Shown here: positions 50,322 through 60,175 of the stretch, piece after piece
Layout: each line of letters opens with the position of its first letter
Position numbering within the stretch: the first letter of the stretch is position 1
NCBI GenBank assembly: GCA_022822085.1
Contig: JAJECK010000061.1
Coordinates: forward strand, 10,025-74,024
DNA: 64,000 nucleotides
Direction of reading: 5' to 3'
Origin: Candidatus Poribacteria bacterium
GTDB lineage: Bacteria > Poribacteria > WGA-4E > WGA-3G
Made by a program: the position numbers and the translations under genes
The notes under the pieces: generated by a model
What the model was told of the DNA's origin: nothing
What the model saw: only the letters and a program-made list of their open reading frames with translations
The model's database searches: none

Positions 50322-51527
50322 ATGAAAAGACTTGTAACGATATGCCTTATTTTACTATGGGTTGTGTCGTTTGGCTGTAAGCAGGAAAAAATCATACCTG
50401 AACTTAAACCGGGCAGACAAAAACTATTAGCTGGTCTTGCAATAGAAGCAGTTGAACATCTCAAACTTGCCGAAATAGAAGAAAAAAACAAGGATGAACC
50501 TCGGGCACTCCTGCTAATTGCGTATAGTCACGCACTGTCTACGGAGGCTACGTGGCTAAAAAGCAACAATTTGGAAACCGAATATCGGAACGAACGGGCG
50601 CGGCGCCTTGCTGAACTGAACACATCTGAGATGAGAGAAATCTTTCAAATCCTTAATGAGAGACATCTTTTTCAAAAAAGTGTTATACAAATCCTAATTG
50701 ATAAAGGCACCCCTGTCGTACCACTCATTTTGACGAGTTTTATTGGCAATAAGTATTCTGATGCCCATAAAGATTTCACCTATATCCTGACACAGATTGG
50801 CAGTAAAGGCATTGATGAACTCTTCACTGCAGTTGATAATACAGACAACCCTATTTTAGTTAGAGACCAATTGATCCGTATAATTGGAGATATTGGAGAT
50901 CCTTCTGTTAAAGTTAGATTAGAATCTTTAAAAGATAAAGAGACAGATGCTGGCTTGAAGATGGAGATAATTACCGCTCTGTACAGACTCGGCGACAAAG
51001 TTTATCAAAAAGATATTGAGGCAGGTTTGGACGATACTAATGTTGTCGCACGTCGCGCCGCTGCCAGATCGATGAAATTGCTCAATCAACCGTCAACATC
51101 AAAGATGATCAAAGCACTTAAAGATACTGATGATTTAGTGCGTATCTCCATTGCCAGAGCTCTTCAGAAACATGTTGACGCAAATGCGGTTGATAATTTA
51201 GTTGATATACTCACCAATGATTCAAGCGTTAAAACGAAAAAAGTTGTTGTGGATACCTTAAATCTTTATGTTGACAAGCAAATCGTAAAGGGGTTAGCAC
51301 CACGATTAATTGATTTATTGATAAACACTTTAATTCCTAATCACGTAGACAGGGTCCTTATCGTACAACTATTGAGCAAACCCGCATTGATCAAGGAAAT
51401 TATTGAAGCACCTTCGACCGATAATTTACAGTATTATCTCTATGAATATTGGGAAAATAAAGAAAACAACACAACGGTTAAAAGTGAGCTTAATAGTCTG
51501 CTGCAAATACTTCCAGCACCTGAGTAG
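50322..51527 (+). CDS. HEAT-repeat lipoprotein, paralog of 48807-50030. The ORF track starts at 50274; MKRLVTICLILLWVVSFGCK at 50322 is the likely start.
   Basis: The two proteins share conserved blocks (EPRALL(V/L)IAY(T/S)HAL, IRI(L/I)G(E/D)IGD, RRAAA(K/R)(A/S)M). Lipobox FGCK. Confidence 0.65.
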   Translation: MKRLVTICLILLWVVSFGCKQEKIIPELKPGRQKLLAGLAIEAVEHLKLAEIEEKNKDEPRALLLIAYSHALSTEATWLKSNNLETEYRNERARRLAELNTSEMREIFQILNERHLFQKSVIQILIDKGTPVVPLILTSFIGNKYSDAHKDFTYILTQIGSKGIDELFTAVDNTDNPILVRDQLIRIIGDIGDPSVKVRLESLKDKETDAGLKMEIITALYRLGDKVYQKDIEAGLDDTNVVARRAAARSMKLLNQPSTSKMIKALKDTDDLVRISIARALQKHVDANAVDNLVDILTNDSSVKTKKVVVDTLNLYVDKQIVKGLAPRLIDLLINTLIPNHVDRVLIVQLLSKPALIKEIIEAPSTDNLQYYLYEYWENKENNTTVKSELNSLLQILPAPE

Positions 51528-51612
51528 AACTAAAAATATGGCACACCAGTAACACAGAACCAGAGTATGAACACCAAGTTGACAGGTGTTGTAATTGTCA
51601 ATGTGGAGAAAT

Positions 51613-52782
51613 ACCATGCCTAATTATCCAAATGACATCAAGATTATCAAGATTGAACAGGTTACAGTTGAAATTGATCAACCAGCAATCGGTTGTAATT
51701 CAGGTGCAAAAGAGATAAAACAACCTGATCCCAATGGTAAGTGGCGTGAAGGAATTACTCGTATATATACCAATGATGGCACACTCGGTTGGGGAGCAAC
51801 AAGTTGGGGTTCATCCGCAGAAGAAGCGAAATCTGCCATTAATAAGAATCCTTTTGATCTGTTGAATCCTGAAAATGGCGTTGTTGAAGCATACCGTGGA
51901 TTTGAAAATGCATTGTGGGATACAATCGGGAAAATTCTTGGAAAACCAGCTTATCAACTCATGGGAACTGAATCTTACGGTAACGGGTTACCTGCGTATG
52001 ATAGCACCATCTATTTCAACGATCTGCTATACGAAACAAAAGCCGAAGGCCTTAAACGGATAGAAGATGATGTCAAGAAGAGTCTTGCTGATGGATTTAC
52101 AGCATGTAAAATGAAGATGGGACGCGGGAATCATCTCATGGAACGTAAAGCCGGATTGGAACGGGATATAGAGGTCGTGCAACTTGCGCGAACCACTGCA
52201 GGAAAAGGTTTCAATATACTCGTTGATGCGAACAACGCTTATACTTACGATGAAGTCATCACTTTCCTAAACGAGACAAGCGGATGCAATGTATTTTGGA
52301 TTGAGGAGATGTTTGAAGAAGATGTTGAGTTATATCGCAACTTAAAAGCCTATATCCAAGAAAAAGGTTTAAATACCTTAATCGCTGATGGTGAAACCCG
52401 CACGCGTGCTCCACTCGAATTCTACGATCCGTTCTTTGAAGCAGGAGTTATTGATGTCATCCAACACGACATGAAAGGACTTGGTGTTACCGGTTGGCGG
52501 CGACTCTCTGATATGGCAGCTGCGGGAAATGTCCAATGTGCTCCACACAACTGGGGTTCTCTACTCGGATTTTTCCTCAGTCTCCAATTTGCAAAAACGA
52601 TCCCACATTTTCTTTATGGTGAAGTCGCAACGTTAACCAGTGATGTCATAGATGTTTCTGGTTATGGATTCTCAGATGGAACTTTCACAGTGCCCGACAC
52701 CCCTGGTCTCGGTTTAGAACTCAATCAAGATGTCTACGATGCTCGCTATGCTGGCAATGAGCATTGGCAGGTTACATCATAG
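51613..52782 (+). CDS. Enolase-superfamily protein (mandelate racemase/muconate lactonizing enzyme family, possible sugar-acid dehydratase). The ORF track starts at 51595.
   Basis: Metal-ligand motifs ILVDANNAY, FWIEEMFEED and ADGE, with family-typical spacing. Confidence 0.65.
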   Translation, partial: TMPNYPNDIKIIKIEQVTVEIDQPAIGCNSGAKEIKQPDPNGKWREGITRIYTNDGTLGWGATSWGSSAEEAKSAINKNPFDLLNPENGVVEAYRGFENALWDTIGKILGKPAYQLMGTESYGNGLPAYDSTIYFNDLLYETKAEGLKRIEDDVKKSLADGFTACKMKMGRGNHLMERKAGLERDIEVVQLARTTAGKGFNILVDANNAYTYDEVITFLNETSGCNVFWIEEMFEEDVELYRNLKAYIQEKGLNTLIADGETRTRAPLEFYDPFFEAGVIDVIQHDMKGLGVTGWRRLSDMAAAGNVQCAPHNWGSLLGFFLSLQFAKTIPHFLYGEVATLTSDVIDVSGYGFSDGTFTVPDTPGLGLELNQDVYDARYAGNEHWQVTS

Positions 52783-52826
52783 TAGTAAACACACCGTGTG
52801 CCGCAAACACCCCAAGGTAATCTCCC

Positions 52827-53921
52827 ATGAAAAAGATTCTCGTCGCAATGAGCGGTGGCGTAGATAGTTCCGTTACCGCTGCCATGATGGTTGACGCAGG
52901 TTATGATGTCACTGGCATCACCATGCGGCTCGGTGCGCCTGATACTATTGAAGTTGAACCGGACCGCCCCAATTGCTGTTCACTTGAAGGCATTGAGGAT
53001 GCACGGCGCGTTGCCACCCAACTTGGGATACCTTTTTATGGCGTGAACTACGAAGATATATTCAGAGAACAGATCATTGATTATTTTGTGGAAGAATACC
53101 TTGTCGGCAGAACCCCGAGTCCATGCATGGTCTGTAACCGAGAACTCAAATTCGGCAAACTCCTTGACCTTGCAAAATCATTGGAATGTGAGGTAATAGC
53201 CACAGGACATTATGCACGAATTGAACAGCACTCTGAGACAGGTCGTTATCTTTTACGAAAAGCACTTGATGTCAGTAAAGATCAATCCTATTTCCTTGCT
53301 GCACTTACACAAGAGCAATTACGATGTGCGATGATGCCACTCGGTGAATTTACAAAAGCAGAAGTACGCGACCTTGCTCGAAAATATCAGTTGAAAACTG
53401 CCGAAAAGATTGAAAGTCAGGAACTCTGCTTCGTGGCAGATACTAATTATAGACGTTTCCTTCAGGACAGGATACCAGAAAAAATTGAGGGTGGCGATAT
53501 AGTTGATAAGGAGGGAAAAGTTCTCGGCAAGCATCAAGGAGTACCATTTTATACAGTTGGACAACGGCGTGGGTTAGGCATCGCGGTTGGCAAGCCGCTC
53601 TATGTAACGCAACTCAACGCGACCGAGAACACCGTTACTGTAGGAGATTCTGACGATCTCCTTGAAGATACTATGCAGGTTGAACGTATCAATCTCATCG
53701 CAATTGAGAAGTTGTCAGAACCGGTCCGAGCACATGTCAAAATCCGATCCCGTGACGAAGGTGGTCCCGCGACAATTACTCCCGTTAGTGATACAGAAGC
53801 AGTTGTTAAATTTGACGAACCGCGCCGCGCAATTACCCCTGGTCAAGCTACCGTCTTCTATGATGGGGAATACGTGCTTGGTGGTGGTTGGATTGTAAAT
53901 GCTGGCAACACTGCTGCATAA
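52827..53921 (+). CDS. mnmA: tRNA-specific 2-thiouridylase.
   Basis: PP-loop (KILVAMSGGVDSSV), catalytic Cys motifs and 364-aa length. Confidence 0.9.
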   Translation: MKKILVAMSGGVDSSVTAAMMVDAGYDVTGITMRLGAPDTIEVEPDRPNCCSLEGIEDARRVATQLGIPFYGVNYEDIFREQIIDYFVEEYLVGRTPSPCMVCNRELKFGKLLDLAKSLECEVIATGHYARIEQHSETGRYLLRKALDVSKDQSYFLAALTQEQLRCAMMPLGEFTKAEVRDLARKYQLKTAEKIESQELCFVADTNYRRFLQDRIPEKIEGGDIVDKEGKVLGKHQGVPFYTVGQRRGLGIAVGKPLYVTQLNATENTVTVGDSDDLLEDTMQVERINLIAIEKLSEPVRAHVKIRSRDEGGPATITPVSDTEAVVKFDEPRRAITPGQATVFYDGEYVLGGGWIVNAGNTAA

Positions 53922-53938
53922 ATGAAGGAGACAACTCT

Positions 53939-54499
53939 ATGCAAAATGCCTCACAAGAGATGCCAAACGCTGAAAACTTCAAAAATGCGTTCAAACCCTA
54001 TTTGATAAAGTGGAGTATCGTTTACGCAGGACTAATAACATTCATTACTTTCATTACTGTTTGCATATCTATGCCTAACTGGGAATTTTCACATGTGCTC
54101 ATTTCTTGGTCGTTGGATATGGGAGCTATATTTGATGGTAGGAATATTCATTATGGCGTTATTACAATAGGTACTATCACTACCGGTATAGTCCTAGTTG
54201 TTATTAACGGTGCAGGTGTGTTTGCTTTCGGCGTTAACGTCGCGGGTGTGTTCGCCTTCGGTGTAAATGCTGTAGGAGTTGTCGCCATTGGTACAAACGC
54301 AGTTGGTGTAATTGCTATTGGCGTAAATGCTTTTGGTATTATCGCTATTGGCCATGGGGCTTTCGGAACCTATGCACTATCCTATTCACACAGAGGCAAA
54401 GGCAGATATTTGTTTGCCCCCCAACGCCAAGATCCTAAAGCAATAGATTTCTTTACACGCTGGTTTCCGAATTTGACTGATGACATGTCTGCGCAATAA
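53939..54499 (+). CDS. Small membrane protein with five or six tandem GVNA(x)GV(x)AI decapeptide repeats. The ORF track starts at 53888, overlapping the mnmA 3' end.
   Basis: The TM helix is followed by VINGAGVFAFGVNVAGVFAFGVNAVGVVAIGTNAVGVIAIGVNAFGIIAIGHGAFG, encoded by 30-bp tandem DNA repeats at about 54208-54370. Confidence 0.5.
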   Translation: MQNASQEMPNAENFKNAFKPYLIKWSIVYAGLITFITFITVCISMPNWEFSHVLISWSLDMGAIFDGRNIHYGVITIGTITTGIVLVVINGAGVFAFGVNVAGVFAFGVNAVGVVAIGTNAVGVIAIGVNAFGIIAIGHGAFGTYALSYSHRGKGRYLFAPQRQDPKAIDFFTRWFPNLTDDMSAQ

Positions 54500-54509
54500 C
54501 TTACGATAG

Positions 54510-55430
54510 ATGAAACTGAAACTCCTTTGTCTCCTCGGCCCCACAGCAGTTGGCAAAACAGAGACCTCAATTCAACTTGCACAACGTCTCAATGCCGAAA
54601 TTATATCTGTCGATTCCCGACAAATATATCGTCAGATGGACATCGGCACTGCAAAACCTACCCCCGAAGAGCAGCAGGCAGCACGTCATCATATAATAGA
54701 TTGCGTAGACATTGCACACCCCATCTCTGTTGCAGACTATCAATCTCTTGCTGATACTGCAATCACTGATATACAAAATAGAGGTAAACAGGTCCTACTT
54801 GTTGGCGGTGCTGGTCTCTACTTTCGCGCGGTTGTTGACGGTCTGTTTGAAGGACCTGCCGCCCATCTTTCATTCAGAAAACGGCTTGAACAGGAAGCAG
54901 CGGAGCACGGTGTCAATGTCCTCCACGATCGCCTCCGCGTTTGTGACCCAGAATCTGCTGACCGTATCCATCCGAACAACGTTATCCGCGTTATCCGTGC
55001 CCTTGAAGTCTATGAACTGACTGGCACTCCTATGTCCGAACAGCAGCGACAGTGGCATCCTGAAAACCAACGTTATCCAATTATTGCCTTCGGTTTGACA
55101 ATGCCACGTGCGCTGCTTTACCACCGCATTGAACAACGCGTAGATATAATGCTTGCAAATGGATTGATTGCAGAGGTGGAATCGATATTAGCAGCAGGAT
55201 ATTCCCGTGATAATTTTGCACTCCAAAGTTTTGGTTATAAGGAGTTGATATCCTATCTTGATGGAAAATCGACTTATGTGGAAGCAGTTGAACAGCTAAA
55301 ACAGAACACCCGCCGCTTTGCAAAACGACAGATGACATGGTTTCGGAAAGATAAGCGTATTGAATGGATTGATAAGGAGGAAATATCGGATGTTGTTGGG
55401 TATATTTTGGGGAAAATTGATGATATATAA
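54510..55430 (+). CDS. miaA: tRNA dimethylallyltransferase.
   Basis: P-loop (LLGPTAVGKTE), the SVDSRQIYRQMDIGTAKP motif and 306-aa length. Confidence 0.9.
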   Translation: MKLKLLCLLGPTAVGKTETSIQLAQRLNAEIISVDSRQIYRQMDIGTAKPTPEEQQAARHHIIDCVDIAHPISVADYQSLADTAITDIQNRGKQVLLVGGAGLYFRAVVDGLFEGPAAHLSFRKRLEQEAAEHGVNVLHDRLRVCDPESADRIHPNNVIRVIRALEVYELTGTPMSEQQRQWHPENQRYPIIAFGLTMPRALLYHRIEQRVDIMLANGLIAEVESILAAGYSRDNFALQSFGYKELISYLDGKSTYVEAVEQLKQNTRRFAKRQMTWFRKDKRIEWIDKEEISDVVGYILGKIDDI

Positions 55431-55566
55431 CTACACTGTTATATATGGATGTGGTGAGATATGTACGGGATTTTAAGCAAATGTGAATAAAACGCGTTCC
55501 TTGACTCTGCAAACAGGTTTTGATACAATTCAAGTACAGATGTTTAGCGAAAAGGAGCGGAAAATG

Positions 55567-56685
55567 AGACGTTTTGGCACACAAGGTCCCGTCAATCCTC
55601 AAGAACACTACGTTGTTTCAAGGTCCGAAGAAATAGCGGACTATATCAAGCGCGTTGAAGAAGGTAAATATGTCGTCCTTTTTGCACCACGTCAAACAGG
55701 CAAAACCACCTTCTTTCAAGCAGCTTTAGAAACACTCACTGTTGGGACTGTGACAAATACTGCTGCTATATATGGAGAAGCCGATACAAAGTTCAACTAC
55801 CTCCCTATCCAACTAAATTTTGATGTGTATAAGAACACGTCTGTTGCCGAATTTTACGATAACCTATATCAAGACATTTGCGAAGAAATCGAGAACCTGT
55901 TTCAGCGACGCGACGATATACTTCCTGAAGCTTTAAGTCAATTATTGGAGGATACAAAACTAACAGACCATCATGCAATGAGAAGGTTTTTTGGACACCT
56001 CGAACGTTTACTATCCCCACAGCAATTCGTCCTAATCATTGATGAATTTGATGGTATACCCCCATCTGCCCTCAGTGATTTTCTACATACGCTACGTCAT
56101 ATCTATATTTCGGGTAAGCCTCGGTGCCCGCACAGCGTTGGAATCATCGGAGTTAAGAGTATTGCACAACTCAACTACGACCGCTCAATTTCCCCCTTCA
56201 ATATCCAAGACGAATTCCATCTCCCTAACTTTACCCTTGAACAAGTGCAGGAATTACTTACACAATATACAGATGAAGTCGAACAACCCTTTGTCCCAGA
56301 AGTTATAGTCTCTATTCATAAACAGACTGCCGGACAACCCGTGCTTGTCAACCGATTCGCACAGATACTCACCGAAGAGTTAGACATCCCGAAGACCGAA
56401 TCGATTACCATGACGCATTTTTCAATGGCATACGCACAAATACTTGAGGAGGATAATGTCAATCTCACACATCTGCTTACTAATATCCGCAAAGATCGCC
56501 GATTTGAAAACCTGTTAATGCGGATCATGGAACGTGAGGATAGTGTGGTCTTCAACATTTATAATGATACTATTAACGAATTAGCCACGTATGGTGTAAT
56601 CAAAGAATCGCCTAACGGGATGTGTGAGATACTGAATCCGATTTATCTCTATCGTATCATGAAGACCTTCAAATCGACAGCATAA
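55567..56685 (+). CDS. AAA-like ATPase domain protein (P-loop NTPase). The ORF track starts at 55483.
   Basis: Walker A (FAPRQTGKTT) and Walker B-like (LIIDEFD). Broad ORC/Cdc6-like AAA family; exact family unknown. Confidence 0.6.
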   Translation, partial: RRFGTQGPVNPQEHYVVSRSEEIADYIKRVEEGKYVVLFAPRQTGKTTFFQAALETLTVGTVTNTAAIYGEADTKFNYLPIQLNFDVYKNTSVAEFYDNLYQDICEEIENLFQRRDDILPEALSQLLEDTKLTDHHAMRRFFGHLERLLSPQQFVLIIDEFDGIPPSALSDFLHTLRHIYISGKPRCPHSVGIIGVKSIAQLNYDRSISPFNIQDEFHLPNFTLEQVQELLTQYTDEVEQPFVPEVIVSIHKQTAGQPVLVNRFAQILTEELDIPKTESITMTHFSMAYAQILEEDNVNLTHLLTNIRKDRRFENLLMRIMEREDSVVFNIYNDTINELATYGVIKESPNGMCEILNPIYLYRIMKTFKSTA

Positions 56686-56788
56686 AGAAGCGGTATTACA
56701 CTGTTTTTGATCATCGGGAGCAGCCAGAACCGCGAGTAGAAACGGAAACGATTGAGAGGTTGACAATGCGGAGTGCTGTAGGATAAAC

Positions 56789-57589
56789 TTCCTACAGTAT
56801 ATCTCATAAATCATAATATTACACCTTCATTGTAGGGGCGAGGTTACCTCGTCTCTATATAGAAAGGGTTCTTCTAAACGGGCGGGGAAACCCCGCCCCA
56901 TAGGTGTCAATTTAAGAATATGTCCGCAAAGTAGTAGGCACACTCCGTGTGCCGTCCACGATAATAGTTTTCAGAAAGTAGTCCGCGGACGCCATGTGCT
57001 ATGATCTTTTTGCTTGCGGACGGCACACGGAGTGTGCCTGCTACCTTTAAATCTCCGCTAAATTGACGCCTATAGGGCAGGGAAACCGAGCCCCATAGGT
57101 GTCAATTTAGTGTCTACTATAATAAGATTTGACCTGTTCTTATGTAGCACAAACTTTATGAAGATTAATTTATTAATTCGGTAATTTATTATCCGTACGA
57201 GACAGGTGTCCTCCGTCGCTGGCGAGGCGGGGAATGCCTAAATGGCATTCATACCGTTGATTTCTTCCTAACCTCGCCAAATTACCGAAATATTTTCTAA
57301 ATCTTCATAAAGTTTGCGGTACAAAAAGAGTTCCGCGATTTTATAAATCCGATAATCCCGATTCAGACACCCCTGGCGCAGCGAAAGCGCGCCTGTGAGG
57401 GGGGCAAAATGTCTTAAATTGACGCTTATGGGGCGGGAGATGAAGATAAAGTTATTAAACGGGTAATATTAGTTTTCCCAAGCCTGGTAGGTGCGGTTTC
57501 CTAACCGCACCGAGCATAGTTATGGAATTACCTAATTAATTTTTTATCTTCATGACCCCGCCCCTACAAGTGATTTATGAGATACGCTC
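56789..57589. mobile_element. Nested cluster of MITE-like repeats. A family-C copy (56789-56899 plus 57555-57589) is interrupted by: a 22-bp-arm hairpin (56933-57043), a palindromic CCCCATAGGTGTCAATTTAG element (57056-57110, with half-sites at 56886-56920 and 57412-57437), a family-D element with TIR CAAACTTTATGAAGATT (57147-57318), and a repeat-B copy (57440-57553).
   Basis: All inverted repeats and the matches to 31-160 and 48503-48620 are visible by direct comparison. The cluster fills the roughly 1.07-kb gap between the AAA ATPase gene and hsdM. Confidence 0.6.
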
Positions 57590-57761
57590 TAATTTGTGCA
57601 GTCCCGGACGCCAACTAAAAATTTGCACTATAATTGTGTGTAGGTCCTTATGGTTTCTACTATAATCCATAACAGATCGGCAATTTTGAACTTGACAAAT
57701 ATTCTAAAAACCTCTATAATCGTGATAATTTTGTTAAGCAATAGATAGGTACAAATGAATA

Positions 57762-60023
57762 ATGAACCAAACTGATTTCCTACAGATAGGACAGCAAAAA
57801 GGATATATCCAACTCCTTAACGACGAAAAAAGAATCCACTACGTTGTCCCCGATAAAAATTATAGATTCACCGACCCAGAAGAAAAGATTCGCGCAAGGT
57901 TTTACGTTGAGTTAATTGAACAGTTTCAATACGATCCCAGCTTAATTGAATTAGAAGTACCTGTTCCACGTCGCACTCCTTCCGATTTCGCTGACATTGT
58001 TGTTTTCCAAGACGATGACAAGAAAACTCCTTTTATTGTAGTTGAATGCAAAAAAGATGGTATTTCTGAGGCAGAATTCAAGCAGGCAATTGAACAGGTT
58101 TTTGGTAACTGCCACTCTTTACGTGGACATTACGCCGCTGTCGTTGCGGGGAATACGCGCAGATCCTTTGATGTCAAAAACTATAAACCCGGTGAACGTT
58201 CACAAAACATCATTGCCGATCCGCCAGTCAGATATGGCGAAGTCCAAGAGTGGCGATATCTAAAGGGTGTCCCACAGTCAGAACTCTCTGTTATTGAAAA
58301 AGATGAGCTCATCCGTGTTCTTGGACAATGCCAAGATACGCTTTGGCAAGGCGGTAAACTTGCACCAACCGACGCATTTGATGAACTCGCTAAAATTCTC
58401 TTCATAAAAATTCGAGATGAAAAGAAGGCAAGACGAAAAGGTGAACCTTACGATTTTCAGATTAAGACGCATGAAACTCCAAAATCGGTTGCAAACAGAA
58501 TTAACAGGCTATATAAAGATGCAAAAGCACAGGACCCTGAAGTATTTACAGAAAATATTGAAATTGATGAAAATCGCTTGGTTTCCGTTGTCAATCATTT
58601 GCAAGGGATCAGTCTCAACCAAACTGATTTGGATGTGAAAGGTGTTGCCTTTGAAAAGTTTTTAGGTAACTTTTTTAAGGGCGAAACCGGGCAATTTTTC
58701 ACGCCACGTCAAGTAGTTGAGTTTATGGTGGACATGGTTAACCCTGATCATGAAGAGCGAATCCTTGATCCCGCATGCGGTTCGGGTGGATTTTTGTTGC
58801 ATGCCATGGATTACATCCGAAAACAGGCATCTGAGTACCACGATAAAGAAAGTCGTGAACACTACCTCCACTGGCATGATTTTGCGGAAAAACGCCTCTT
58901 CGGAATTGAGGTTAACGATTCCATCGCCCGCGTTGCTAAAATGAACATGATTATTCATGATGATGGACATAGTAACGTCATTAGCAATGATGCACTCATT
59001 AATTTCGACATACTCTACAAACAACACAATAGTTTTGAAAAAGAGAAGTTTGATACAATTCTTACCAATCCGCCTTTTGGAGCAGTTGTTAAACAGTCTG
59101 AATCACCGTATCTTGATAAGTTTGAACTCGGAAAAGGCAATCAATCTCAAAAGACCGAGATTCTGTTTCTTGAACGATGTTTTGATTTTCTTAAGTGGGA
59201 AACTGGCAAGCTCGCGATTATCCTACCGGATGGCATCTTGACCAATTCCTCATTGCAATACGTTCGAGATTACATTGAACGACACTTTAAAATTCTTGCT
59301 GTTGTTTCGCTCCCGCAAATTGCTTTTTCGCATTATGGTGCTGGTGTAAAAACGTCTATCCTATTTCTCCAAAAGTTTTCTGAACAGGAATATAATCGTT
59401 ATCAAGCTGCCATCGATCAAATCACGGCAAAAAATGAATCAGTCTTTACGCCTAAGATTGATGAACTTGAAAATGAAAAACAATCTATTATTAAAAAAGG
59501 TTCTCCAGCACAAGTTGATGTAACAGAAAACTATAGACAGCAATTCATCTCAATTTTGGATAATATTGATGCCTTAAATCAGAAACTTGACAAAGCACCA
59601 ACGAAAAAGGTTCAAGACCTCAGTGCCTTTTTCTTTCCAGAAATTGAATCTACACTTACTACAGAATTTGAATTGTTTGACCCGCAAACAGCACGCGCTG
59701 AACTTAAGGAACAGACAAGCGCGTTGAACGATCTTGAAAAGCAATACAAAGAGGCGTTTAAAGCAGCAGCCGATTCGGAGTGGGAAAGTGAAATAAAAGC
59801 AGAATATAAGGAAAAGATTGACGCTGTTAAAGAGGAATGGGAAGAAAAGAACACAGAGGACATCCGCGAGTGGGTTCGGGAAAATGCTAATCATCCAATC
59901 TTTATGGCAATTGCCGAGCGTATCGGCTACGATGCAACAGGGCGGAAAGACCCGATTAACGATCTCAAAGCTATCTGTGAGGAATACCGAAAATTTATCG
60001 AGAACCCGGATTTTTTCGGGTAA
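57762..60023 (+). CDS. hsdM: Type I restriction-modification system DNA methyltransferase subunit M, with a C-terminal coiled-coil extension.
   Basis: N6-adenine methylase motifs (FFTPRQVVEFMV, DPACGSGGFLL as motif I, NPPFG as motif IV) and an HsdM N-terminal domain. Confidence 0.85.
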   Translation: MNQTDFLQIGQQKGYIQLLNDEKRIHYVVPDKNYRFTDPEEKIRARFYVELIEQFQYDPSLIELEVPVPRRTPSDFADIVVFQDDDKKTPFIVVECKKDGISEAEFKQAIEQVFGNCHSLRGHYAAVVAGNTRRSFDVKNYKPGERSQNIIADPPVRYGEVQEWRYLKGVPQSELSVIEKDELIRVLGQCQDTLWQGGKLAPTDAFDELAKILFIKIRDEKKARRKGEPYDFQIKTHETPKSVANRINRLYKDAKAQDPEVFTENIEIDENRLVSVVNHLQGISLNQTDLDVKGVAFEKFLGNFFKGETGQFFTPRQVVEFMVDMVNPDHEERILDPACGSGGFLLHAMDYIRKQASEYHDKESREHYLHWHDFAEKRLFGIEVNDSIARVAKMNMIIHDDGHSNVISNDALINFDILYKQHNSFEKEKFDTILTNPPFGAVVKQSESPYLDKFELGKGNQSQKTEILFLERCFDFLKWETGKLAIILPDGILTNSSLQYVRDYIERHFKILAVVSLPQIAFSHYGAGVKTSILFLQKFSEQEYNRYQAAIDQITAKNESVFTPKIDELENEKQSIIKKGSPAQVDVTENYRQQFISILDNIDALNQKLDKAPTKKVQDLSAFFFPEIESTLTTEFELFDPQTARAELKEQTSALNDLEKQYKEAFKAAADSEWESEIKAEYKEKIDAVKEEWEEKNTEDIREWVRENANHPIFMAIAERIGYDATGRKDPINDLKAICEEYRKFIENPDFFG

Positions 60024-60175
60024 GCCCTGATAGAGAAAATCAGATTTTTCTTACTTATCGGGGCGATATTCCTGGAAGAATTGATCCGAATTACATTAGT
60101 AACGTTTCCTTTATCAATAATGTAAACTCTCGTTATCCATTAGTTCCTCTGCGGAATTTACTCACAGAGCCGCCG

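Noticed and set aside
59574-59894. Minus-strand ORFs antisense to the hsdM 3' region.
   Set aside because: They overlap the Lys/Glu-rich coiled-coil coding region of hsdM. The low-complexity antisense translation is not plausible as a gene.
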